Positions 42,736 through 56,118 of a stretch of DNA of 64,000 nt are shown one piece after another. Below the pieces are notes generated by a model that was given only the letters and a program-made list of their open reading frames with translations, was not told where the DNA came from and ran no database searches. A program made the translations under genes and the position numbers. The DNA is taken from contig JAKACP010000001.1 of assembly GCA_021821305.1 (NCBI GenBank), positions 4,934 to 68,933 of the forward strand, in the 5' to 3' direction. Position 1 is the stretch's first letter; every line of letters begins with the position of its first letter. Origin of the DNA: a bacterium (GTDB taxonomy: Bacteria; Patescibacteriota; Minisyncoccia; Moranbacterales; UBA1568).

Positions 42736-42790
42736 CTCCGACCGATATCGGTCGGAGGGCCTTCACATTTTCCTTTTTGGTGGTATACTC
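42736..42790 (+). promoter_or_regulatory. Perfect 22-bp palindrome CTCCGACCGATATCGGTCGGAG placed just upstream of a sigma70-like promoter (TTCACA, 17-nt spacer, TATACT) that drives the M15-like peptidase gene.
   Basis: Seen in the sequence. An AAGGAG Shine-Dalgarno lies 8 nt before the ATG at 42835. Confidence 0.5.
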
Positions 42791-42834
42791 CCGACAGAAG
42801 ATGTTCTTTGCAACCGACGCCAAAGGAGCTCATC

Positions 42835-43446
42835 ATGAGATCGGCCGCCTTGTTGTTGTGGGTACTGTTTCTCCCCCTCCCTCTTCTTGCTGGAGACATT
42901 CTCGCGGGATCACCCGAATCGCGCGCACTCGAAAACGCCAAGGTGGACGAGCTCGGCTTCGAGCGTATCGAAGACGAACGCTCGATGATGCGACTCGTGA
43001 AAGAGAGCTTGTTGGTTCCCGTCCCGAACGACGACTATGTCCGCTGGCATCGGAAGTCCCCTCGACAGTATGCGTTTTCTCTGCCGCATACCAACGATTT
43101 CCTTGTCACGCTCGGAAAGGATTTCCGGAAGGTCTTCAATAAACCGATAATCGTGACCTCGGCGATCCGTCCCAAATCCTACCAGAAGAAGCTCGCGCTC
43201 CGGAACCGGAATGCGGCCCCCGTAGACGGACCGCTCGCCTCGACGCATCCGACCGGAGCGACGATAGATATCGGGTACAAGAAACTCCGACGCCAGGAGA
43301 GGATATGGATCGAGGCCTACCTTTCGAAAAAAGAAGCTGAGGGCTTCGTTCAGGCGACGAAAGAGCGCCGTCAGGCCTGCTTCCATGTCATGGTCTATAC
43401 GCCCCAACAGCGTCTGGCTGCGCTTGAGACAAGCAAAACCCAGTGA
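42835..43446 (+). CDS. Secreted peptidase M15 (VanY / D,D-carboxypeptidase-like) family protein.
   Basis: Signal peptide MRSAALLLWVLFLPLPLLA. Motifs STHPTGATIDIGY (SxHxxG...D) and a later CFHVMVY His motif. Confidence 0.5.
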   Translation: MRSAALLLWVLFLPLPLLAGDILAGSPESRALENAKVDELGFERIEDERSMMRLVKESLLVPVPNDDYVRWHRKSPRQYAFSLPHTNDFLVTLGKDFRKVFNKPIIVTSAIRPKSYQKKLALRNRNAAPVDGPLASTHPTGATIDIGYKKLRRQERIWIEAYLSKKEAEGFVQATKERRQACFHVMVYTPQQRLAALETSKTQ

Positions 43447-43468
43447 GAAATCTCACTGGGCTTTTTTT
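43439..43468 (+). terminator. Rho-independent terminator of the M15-like gene.
   Basis: cccagtgaga-aa-tctcactggg followed by cttttttt. Confidence 0.6.
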
Positions 43469-43486
43469 CTCGCATAACCCGCACGA

Positions 43487-44746
43487 CTACAGGTCCTTGT
43501 AGTTCCCGGCGAGGCTCTGAATGGTCTTCGAATAGTTGTTGAGCGCATAGCAGGACCAACCGAGATACCGCATGGAAGCGTAGGTCTCCCACTTCACGCT
43601 CACCTTTTTCCCATTACACGGGCTGGTGATGGTCGTCTTGCCATCCTTCGCACCGCCGTCGTTCGCGAGCTTGGACGCCATCGCCATGACGCCGTCGGTC
43701 AGGTTCCACGGATCCGGCGGGTTGTGTCCGGTGCGCGAGGCGATCGTGCTCTTGTATCCCTTCCACGTATCGGACATGAACTGCGCGGCCCCCATGGCGC
43801 CGCCCGTCCCCTTGTAATTCTTCGGCGGACACGATACCTTCAGTTTCTTGTAGTCCTTGCCGATCTCCTTGGCGATTTCCTTGAAGATCCCGAGCCGGTA
43901 CGCACTCATCCTGCTCTCCTTGTAGTCACATCCGCCGACCGACGCACCGAGCCGTGATTCGACGGAAAGCATCCCGAAGAGGAATCCCTCACGGATGCCC
44001 GTCTTCGAGCTCGCATATTTGATCGCGTCCTTGATATCCTTCGCGTCATAGCTTCCGCCGAGGAGCTTGTTGAGGTCGCTATTGAGCTCCTTCAGTTTCT
44101 TCTGAAGCTGAGCGATGGTCGCGAGCTGATCCTCCAGGTCATCCTCGGTCTCGATCTTTTCCGATATAAGTCCCTGTTTTTCCCGCTCTTTCTGCGCGAG
44201 GAGCCGCGCCTTCTCGGCCTTGGCCGCCTCGAGGGACCCCTTCTCCGTCTCGATGCTCGCCTGTACGGCATGGATGCGGGCGAGCACGCCGTTCATCCGG
44301 TCGGCGACCGACATCATCTTTTCCGGATCGTTGAGCGCGCGGAACATGTCTTCTTCCTCGAGTATCTCCGGGAGCGCGGTTTCGGCCGCATCGTAGTACG
44401 CCTGGAGAACAAGTCCGCGGAGGACGCTCCGGTTCCTCACGGCGTCCCGCTCGAGCAGTTCGATCTCGCTCTCCTTTCGGCCGATCGTCTCCTCGGTCTC
44501 CTTGATGATGCTTTCCGTCGTACGGATCACGTTGACCGTCGTCGTGATGGACCCGTTGATGTTCTGAAGCTCGCCCTTGAGAGCGTTCGCTTCCTGCTCC
44601 GCCTTTTTCAGGTCTTTCTGCGTGTCGTTGATATTATCCTTGAGTTCGTCGGCGGAAGTCTCGGCGAAGACAGGCGAAACGAAAGCCGCCATCGCGAAGG
44701 CGGACACGAAAACACCGAGGAAAATCTTGGCTTGATTCGTTCTCAT
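43487..44746 (-). CDS. Secreted coiled-coil protein with a C-terminal lytic-transglycosylase (lysozyme-like) domain.
   Basis: Signal peptide, about 230 aa of heptad-rich coiled coil, then SLT-like motifs (GMLSVESRLGA, GAMGAAQFMSDTW, ALNNY). Confidence 0.5.
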   Translation of the reverse strand: MRTNQAKIFLGVFVSAFAMAAFVSPVFAETSADELKDNINDTQKDLKKAEQEANALKGELQNINGSITTTVNVIRTTESIIKETEETIGRKESEIELLERDAVRNRSVLRGLVLQAYYDAAETALPEILEEEDMFRALNDPEKMMSVADRMNGVLARIHAVQASIETEKGSLEAAKAEKARLLAQKEREKQGLISEKIETEDDLEDQLATIAQLQKKLKELNSDLNKLLGGSYDAKDIKDAIKYASSKTGIREGFLFGMLSVESRLGASVGGCDYKESRMSAYRLGIFKEIAKEIGKDYKKLKVSCPPKNYKGTGGAMGAAQFMSDTWKGYKSTIASRTGHNPPDPWNLTDGVMAMASKLANDGGAKDGKTTITSPCNGKKVSVKWETYASMRYLGWSCYALNNYSKTIQSLAGNYKDL

Positions 44747-44834
44747 TACCCCATTATACCATTTTTCGGCGCGAAGCGGAAGAGCGCCCCGGCACGCTAT
44801 GTCGAGACGCTCATGAAAACCCGGATCAGAGAGG

Positions 44835-45875
<1,041 letters not shown>

Positions 45876-45896
45876 AAAAAATTACCGGGCACCCGA

Positions 45897-46877
45897 TCAT
45901 TGTACCGTCAAACGCCCCTCTCTTCCAAATACCGCCTCGGCGGAGCCCTCGGATTCCGAAAGGAGCTCCTCCGCAAGCTCGCCCGGCCGGACCGCTACCG
46001 CATCACCCCGTTCCGACGCTATCGTGATACTCTCGCGGGCCGAGAACGATTTCTCTTCCCCCGCTCCAAGGACCCCGGAGAACACCGTCTCGCCGTCCGA
46101 GCGGACCGTGATCGTCGTCGTCGCGATCATACGGATGGATACCGAGACGGCTTCCGTCGGGACCGCGAGAGACGCGACTTCACCGGTCCGCTCTTCCGGA
46201 AGCGTCGCGTTCACGGAAAACGAACGCGAGCGCGTTTTCCCGAAACGGTTCGACGAGGAGACGGCGATCGTGTTGAGGCCGGAGGCAAGCTTGAGGTTTT
46301 CCGCGAAGATTCCCCGCTCGTCGACCATGACGCTCTCCCCGTTGATCGTCACGTCGGCCCTCGGATCGGTCTCACCGCGAACCGTTATCTCCGCGTCCGT
46401 CACGGTCGCGCCGTCTTGGGGTTCGAGGATGACCAGTCTCGGTTCCGAGACGAACGAATGGAACTCGAAGTAGAGATACCCGAAGAATCCCGCCGTGACG
46501 AGCGCGATGGCCGCGATGAACGCGTACCGCGACGAGAACGCGAACGAGAAGCTGACCGGGAGTTTCGGCTGGAACCGCGACTGATCCATGCGGCCGAGAT
46601 TGCGCTGTATGCTCCGCTCCCGATCGTACAATTTGAGTATCGCCTCTTCCGGGACGCCGAGAAATCCCGCGTAGCTCCGGAGGAACCCGCGCACATAGAC
46701 TTCCGGCGGAAGCTTTTCATACGAGCCTCCCTCGAGCGCCTCGAGATATTTCACCTGTATCCGGGTCGACCGGGATACCTCCGCGAGGCTGATCCGATGA
46801 TCGCTGCGTATCTTCCTCAATTTTTCACCGAGCGTGAGCGAACCGACCGCTTTTCTCGTAAAATCCATCAGTGCCAT
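45897..46877 (-). CDS. rodZ: RodZ-like cytoskeleton protein: HTH domain, TM segment and a C-terminal beta domain.
   Basis: N-terminal XRE-type HTH (LGEKLRKIRSDHRISLAEVSRSTRIQVKYLEALE), one TM and a C-terminal Ser/Thr/Val-rich domain. Confidence 0.55.
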   Translation of the reverse strand: MALMDFTRKAVGSLTLGEKLRKIRSDHRISLAEVSRSTRIQVKYLEALEGGSYEKLPPEVYVRGFLRSYAGFLGVPEEAILKLYDRERSIQRNLGRMDQSRFQPKLPVSFSFAFSSRYAFIAAIALVTAGFFGYLYFEFHSFVSEPRLVILEPQDGATVTDAEITVRGETDPRADVTINGESVMVDERGIFAENLKLASGLNTIAVSSSNRFGKTRSRSFSVNATLPEERTGEVASLAVPTEAVSVSIRMIATTTITVRSDGETVFSGVLGAGEEKSFSARESITIASERGDAVAVRPGELAEELLSESEGSAEAVFGREGRLTVQ

Positions 46878-47011
46878 ACCATCACCCTAGCACACTTTCG
46901 GAAAACGAAAAAGGCTTTATATAGGTAAAAATCCATAAAGTCCATAAAGAGAAATTCTCCCTTGCGAACCGTATGGACCTTGTGAACCTGACGGACTTTA
47001 TGGACATCCGA

Positions 47012-49459
47012 CTACATCTGCCATTTGTCCCGGGAGGCCTGATCGGCGATCGGGTCGTCATATTCCGCGCCGCCTGAGATGCCGGCTTTCGGACCGATGA
47101 GCACCTTGCGGCCCTTGTTCGCTCCCTCGGCCATGGTCACGATCCCGTCCTCCTCCATGCGGTCGAGGAATTTCGCGGCCTTGCCGTATCCGATGGAAAG
47201 TTTTCTCTGGAGAAACGTGGTGGCCGCGCGTCCCGTCTCGATGACGACGGCCTTGGCCGCCTCGTATTCCGGATCATCGCCGCCGAGCGCCTGGGAGAAA
47301 TCGTCACCGGACATGGCCAAAGCCGCGTCGTCCTTCTCCTTTTCGTCCGCGCCCGCGAAGTCCTCGCCGATCTCCTGTTTGCCGAGCCGGAGACCCTGCG
47401 CATGGAGGAAGTTCACGACATCCCTCACCTCGTGTTCCGAGATGAAGGCCCCCTGCACGCGGGACGGCTGGCCGACACCCGGCGGAGAGTAGAGCATGTC
47501 GCCCCTGCCGAGAAGCTTTTCCGCGCCGCTCGTGTCGAGGATGGTCCGCGAGTCTATCTGGTTCGTTACGAGGAACGCGACGCGGGCCGGGATGTTCGCC
47601 TTGATGAGGCCGGTGACGACCTCGACGCTCGGACGCTGCGTCGCGAGGACGAGATGGATGCCGACGGCGCGCGACATCTGCGCGAGCCTTACGATGACCG
47701 CCTCGACTTCCTTTCCGTGCGCGATCATGAGATCGGCCATCTCGTCGATGACGATGACGATGTACGGGAGCGGATCGAGATCCTCCTCGCGCGTCTTGCC
47801 GTCCTCGTCCGTCACGCGACGCCGTTCGCCCCGAGCGTACTTCTCGTGATACGAGGCGATATCGCGCGCGTGAACCGACTCGAGCATCTTGTACCGGCGG
47901 TCCATCTCGGCGGTGGCATACCGGAGCGCGTTCACGACATGCTTGTTCTCGGTGATGACTTTCCCGGACTTCAGGTGCGGGAGACCGTTATAGAGCGAGA
48001 GCTCCACGCGTTTCGGATCGACGAGGATGAGCTGCAGTTCGTCCGGGGAATTCTGATAGAGGAGCGAGAGCAGTATGGAATTGATGCAGACGCTCTTGCC
48101 GGAACCGGTCGCGCCGGCGACGAGGAGGTGCGGCATGGATCCGAGATCGCCGACGATATACTTTCCCGACACGTCCTCGCCCAAGACGACGGAAAGGTGC
48201 TTCGAAGAGCGGTTCTTCCAGGCATCGCTCATGAGGATATCCCGCATGCGGACCTTGGCCGGCGCATCGTTCGGGACCTCGATGCCGACGAGCGACGTCT
48301 TGGGAATCGGAGCCTCGATGCGGATCGGATGTTTGGCGAGCGCGAGCGCGAGATTGTCGGAGAGCGACGTGATCTTGGACAGGCGCGTCCCGAACGCGGG
48401 ACTGAAGGTATACTGCGTGACCGTCGGCCCGACCTGCGGCTCGCCCATTTCGCCGTCGATATTGAAATACTTGAAGGTGCTCTTGATGACGTTCTTGTTC
48501 CTCTCGACATCACCGGAATTCTCCTTTTCGGACTTGTTCTCGAGGAGACCGAGCGGCGGGAACTCCCAGTGCTCCTTCCGGGGCTTCCGCGGTCGGGGCG
48601 CATCAAGGACTTCCTCCTCATCGTCCCCGTCCTCTTCGTCATCTTCGCCTGGGAATTGGATGCCCTGCACATTCTCGGCAGCATCGATCTCCTCCGGCCG
48701 ATCGTCGGGAAATTCGATCCTGGATATGTTCGCTTCCTCGAGAACGTTCCTGACCGGAGGATGATCGGTCTCGACCGGTTCCGGCGTCTCGACCGTCGCC
48801 GGCATGGTGGTGTCCGCCACGATTTCGGCCGGCTCATCCGCTTCCGTGTCGACCGCTTCCTCATCCGGTTCCTCTCCCCGCTTCATGATGCGATCCGCCC
48901 GACCCTTCATGGTCGCGAGGAAATGCATGAGCGATACATTGAAAGCCGCGATCAACCCGGAAAAGAACAGCGCCGCCAGTATGACCGCTCCGGCGATTCG
49001 CCCGGTGAATTCGAGAAACACATACGAAAGCGCGAACCCGATGTATCCACCGCCGTCCCCTTTCTTGGCGGCGGTGAGGAGCTCCTTTACGGTATCACCC
49101 AAGAAGAGATGAAGGAACCCGAGCACCGACACGTACACCACGCCGAGACCGACGAATTTGACGACGTCGGAGAGCGTCGTCTCGCGTCGGCGGAGAAAAA
49201 ATATGCCGAAGATGAAGAGCATGACGGGAAGCAGCCATCTGCCCCAACCGAATGCCGACCCCAGGCCGGAATCGAGCGCGCCGCCCAATGCGCCGCCTGC
49301 CTCGAAAAAAGCGATGAGAAAGAGCACCCCGAACATGAACAGAAAAACGGCCGCGATGCTACGTTTCGCATCGCTTCCCAGAACTTCTTCCCATTCGAAT
49401 GCCGACTCCTCGTTTTGGCTTTCCTTGGTATTTTTCTCTTCCTTTTTCTTGCGTCCCAT
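47012..49459 (-). CDS. ftsK: DNA translocase FtsK/SpoIIIE.
   Basis: N-terminal TM domain, acidic linker, motor domain (PHLLVAGATGSGKS, Walker B) and a gamma winged-helix domain. Confidence 0.9.
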   Translation of the reverse strand: MGRKKKEEKNTKESQNEESAFEWEEVLGSDAKRSIAAVFLFMFGVLFLIAFFEAGGALGGALDSGLGSAFGWGRWLLPVMLFIFGIFFLRRRETTLSDVVKFVGLGVVYVSVLGFLHLFLGDTVKELLTAAKKGDGGGYIGFALSYVFLEFTGRIAGAVILAALFFSGLIAAFNVSLMHFLATMKGRADRIMKRGEEPDEEAVDTEADEPAEIVADTTMPATVETPEPVETDHPPVRNVLEEANISRIEFPDDRPEEIDAAENVQGIQFPGEDDEEDGDDEEEVLDAPRPRKPRKEHWEFPPLGLLENKSEKENSGDVERNKNVIKSTFKYFNIDGEMGEPQVGPTVTQYTFSPAFGTRLSKITSLSDNLALALAKHPIRIEAPIPKTSLVGIEVPNDAPAKVRMRDILMSDAWKNRSSKHLSVVLGEDVSGKYIVGDLGSMPHLLVAGATGSGKSVCINSILLSLLYQNSPDELQLILVDPKRVELSLYNGLPHLKSGKVITENKHVVNALRYATAEMDRRYKMLESVHARDIASYHEKYARGERRRVTDEDGKTREEDLDPLPYIVIVIDEMADLMIAHGKEVEAVIVRLAQMSRAVGIHLVLATQRPSVEVVTGLIKANIPARVAFLVTNQIDSRTILDTSGAEKLLGRGDMLYSPPGVGQPSRVQGAFISEHEVRDVVNFLHAQGLRLGKQEIGEDFAGADEKEKDDAALAMSGDDFSQALGGDDPEYEAAKAVVIETGRAATTFLQRKLSIGYGKAAKFLDRMEEDGIVTMAEGANKGRKVLIGPKAGISGGAEYDDPIADQASRDKWQM

Positions 49460-49647
49460 AAAATAAGACCGGATAATTCCAACCGTCCCAGAACAGATGA
49501 CCCGGGAAAACTATCGGATTCAGTATATCACAAGAACGAGCCATGAAGTACCCGACACCGACGGAAAAGGCCGCCCCGCTCCCCCGAGGACGACCTTTTC
49601 GATCATGCCATGCCCTATCACCAAAATATTCCCTCTATCGCTCTCTC

Positions 49648-52278
49648 TTAGTTCCCCGGAGTCGTTTCTTTCCAGTTGAAGTCGCAGTAGCGGGTACCGG
49701 TACAGTTGAGCGAGGAACCGCAGCCGTTGTCAGGGATGGTGAACGGTTGCCCTTCACAATAATCTCCCGATTGTCCGCCGCAGGTGGCCGTCGGACTACA
49801 AGGCACGCTCACGGTATACGAGAAGGTGATGGTGCTCGGTCCGCGGCTGACGGTGACCGTATCGGAGCCTCCGGAGACGGCGGTGATCGTCTGTGGGGAG
49901 GCGGTCGCTCCGGTGATGGTGACGGCCGGGGAGGCGGTGTCGGTCCAGAGACCGTCGGTTACGGGAGCGGTATCACCGCAGACATTCGGCGTGGCATCGT
50001 AGTAAGCGAAGAAGGATTCGGAGCCGGGAACGGCAAGCGATCGGGAATAGACGCCAGGGGTCGAAGCGATCGGGACACCTCCTGCGGTGCAGAGGGAGAA
50101 GACGGAAGGAGGCGGCGTGATGACGATCGTATGATTCTGCCAGCCTGATTGCGCTCCGCCGGAGTCCTCCGCGAAGGCGCGGAACGTGTACGTGCCGGGG
50201 GTGGTCCAAGTGCGGGAGGCGGACTGAGCGGTACCGGAATTCACATAACCGGCCCCCGGTACCCATTGGTCGAGGGAGCCGTTATTGTCCCAATCGACAC
50301 CGTAACGGAACGTATCGTTGTTTGGATCGGTGGAGAAAAAGGTGAAAGACTGGGGCTGGTTGATGAGCCCCGTGTTGGCGGGATCAGGGGTGATAGTGGG
50401 AACGGTCGGTCCGGTAGGAACCGGGATCACGTCATACCATATCGTCCCGGCATAGGAAGATCCCGAGGTGCGGTAGTCGTAGACTCCCGGGCCGATGGAC
50501 TCGATATACAATTTCCCCTTGAGAGCCGGCAACGCGCCCACGTTTGCCTGGGCGTTGGAAACGGTATATGGAAAATTGGAATATCTATAATATTTACTAC
50601 TGTAATACCTATAGACGTATTGGGAGGCCGTGGCGGCGTCGCTTCCTGTCAACGGCCCCGTATACAAGCCTGGGGGGAGGAACCCAAACCCCTTCCCCCC
50701 TCCTGCTTTCAGGTGCGAGGGAATGGAAGTGATGTACATCAGATTCTGCAGGGCGCCGTCGTTGTGACTCAGGTGGAACCTCGACCTCTCGGCGGAGTTG
50801 GCGCAAAGCCAGGTGTTGGTCGTCACGGACAGTCCTATGTTCTCGCCGGGAGCATATGCGGGCTTATCGAAATTTATGGTGGTGGTCCACTCGCCGGTCC
50901 ACCCGGCGATGGTGATGGCCCTGGCTTCCGTCGGCATCAGGGCGCCGAAGCCGAGCGGAACCAGAAACAGCAGGGATATGACGAGATGATTCCGCCGCTT
51001 GCGATAATAATGGACGGCGAGAATCAGGAATCCGATCAGACTGATCAGGACGACACCGAGGAAATAAGGGGAAGATCCGTTCGCTGACGCGGAAGCCTCG
51101 TCATTCGTCGCCGACGCGTTCTTGTCGATGAAAGCGATCGATTGGCTATCCAGCACTTTCCCATTCGCGTCCGAGACGGTTATGGCCGCCTCCGGATTCG
51201 GGCAATCGGCGGTGACGGGTATGGATAGGTCGACGATCAGATCGCCCACCCGATCCGAGGACGGCAGATCACGCCGAACGATGGAACTGCAGGCCCGGCC
51301 GCCGGAGGTCAGGGACACGGCGGCTACCGCCTTGTCATCGCGCAGATCCGTTCCGCCGAAACGCGATCCGGGGAACGAGTCAGCCGACGGACTCCAGAAA
51401 AGCTTCGCCAGGGCGGTTTCCCCGGCCTTGTAGCCGGTCTTGTCGAGCGTCAGATTCTGGATGGTGGCCGACTCACCCGTCATGACGTAGCGGAATCCGA
51501 TCTCACCGCTCACCGCTTCACCCCGATCGTTCTTGAACACGAGTCTCGCCTCATACGACTGAGGGACCCCGATCGTCGGGATATGCAGGCTGAACGCGGT
51601 CGGAGCGCTTCCGGACGATACGGAAATCGCATCAAGCGATTGTTCCCTGACCAGGTCCCCGAAAACGGTGCGCTTGTACGTCCGCAGGAAAGGAATCAGC
51701 CGGGTTTCGGCCCTGCCCTTGTTCACCAGGGAGCAGCTGAGGAACAGCTTTTCGGTCGGTCGGATATCGACGCCTTGGGTGAGCAGGAAGGGATCGTTCT
51801 GTCCTTCCACGCGCAGATTGCAGTCGCTTTCGTCTGACAAGACGAAGACACCATCCTTTCCGGCGAATTCGAACGTCCCCAGGCCGATCGTAGCCAACAG
51901 CAACCCGCGGCTGTTCTCACTCATCAGCGTGGCGGAAAACGCGCCTTTCATGTGCGGTGGCGCCGTATAACGGATGGTTTTCCGCACCGACTCGCCTTCC
52001 CGCAAGGTCAGGACCTCATCGGATACGTATGTCGACACGACACCTTCATTCGAAACCAGCTCAAGCCCGTATCGGATGTCGGATTGTACCCCCATCCTGT
52101 TTTTGATCGTGAAGGAGACATCATAACCGTCGTCGGTCCGAACCGAAGACACGTCATGGATGTTCACATCCGCCAAGATGACGATCCCCTGAGGGATGCC
52201 CGCTTCCTGCGCGGACACGGACAACGGCATCGCGAAAAAAATCGCGAGTCCCACGAATACCTTTGAAGCGAGAGACAT
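49648..52278 (-). CDS. Large secreted surface protein: signal peptide, N-terminal ectodomain, a two-helix hairpin membrane anchor, and a C-terminal ectodomain with a PKD-like domain and a Cys-rich tail.
   Basis: Signal peptide MSLASKVFVGLAIFFAMPLSVSAQEA. Hairpin anchor VVLISLIGFLILAVHYY-RKRRNH-LVISLLFLVPLGFGALM. PKD-like FRYGVDWDNNGSLDQW...GTYTFRAFAEDSGG. C-terminus has eight Cys. Confidence 0.55.
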   Translation of the reverse strand: MSLASKVFVGLAIFFAMPLSVSAQEAGIPQGIVILADVNIHDVSSVRTDDGYDVSFTIKNRMGVQSDIRYGLELVSNEGVVSTYVSDEVLTLREGESVRKTIRYTAPPHMKGAFSATLMSENSRGLLLATIGLGTFEFAGKDGVFVLSDESDCNLRVEGQNDPFLLTQGVDIRPTEKLFLSCSLVNKGRAETRLIPFLRTYKRTVFGDLVREQSLDAISVSSGSAPTAFSLHIPTIGVPQSYEARLVFKNDRGEAVSGEIGFRYVMTGESATIQNLTLDKTGYKAGETALAKLFWSPSADSFPGSRFGGTDLRDDKAVAAVSLTSGGRACSSIVRRDLPSSDRVGDLIVDLSIPVTADCPNPEAAITVSDANGKVLDSQSIAFIDKNASATNDEASASANGSSPYFLGVVLISLIGFLILAVHYYRKRRNHLVISLLFLVPLGFGALMPTEARAITIAGWTGEWTTTINFDKPAYAPGENIGLSVTTNTWLCANSAERSRFHLSHNDGALQNLMYITSIPSHLKAGGGKGFGFLPPGLYTGPLTGSDAATASQYVYRYYSSKYYRYSNFPYTVSNAQANVGALPALKGKLYIESIGPGVYDYRTSGSSYAGTIWYDVIPVPTGPTVPTITPDPANTGLINQPQSFTFFSTDPNNDTFRYGVDWDNNGSLDQWVPGAGYVNSGTAQSASRTWTTPGTYTFRAFAEDSGGAQSGWQNHTIVITPPPSVFSLCTAGGVPIASTPGVYSRSLAVPGSESFFAYYDATPNVCGDTAPVTDGLWTDTASPAVTITGATASPQTITAVSGGSDTVTVSRGPSTITFSYTVSVPCSPTATCGGQSGDYCEGQPFTIPDNGCGSSLNCTGTRYCDFNWKETTPGN

Positions 52279-52518
52279 AATTTTGTCTGATTGTTTATAT
52301 CGTCTCCACTCTACCAATAAATCGCCTCCATCGCAAGATGATAAGGCTCCGAAAAACATGGAGTGATCGCCGATCGATCATATACGGGCGATGTATCCGC
52401 GGGCGAGATCCGGAAAGGAAACGAAAAGGACCGCCCCTGATGCGAGGGACGGTCCTTTTTCGGATTCCCGCCGGATACGCGTCGACGGCGTGCGGACGGG
52501 AATGAAACGGCTGGAACG

Positions 52519-56088
<3,570 letters not shown>

Positions 56089-56118
56089 AGGTTTGACGTT
56101 AGGTCCGTTAGGCGATGA

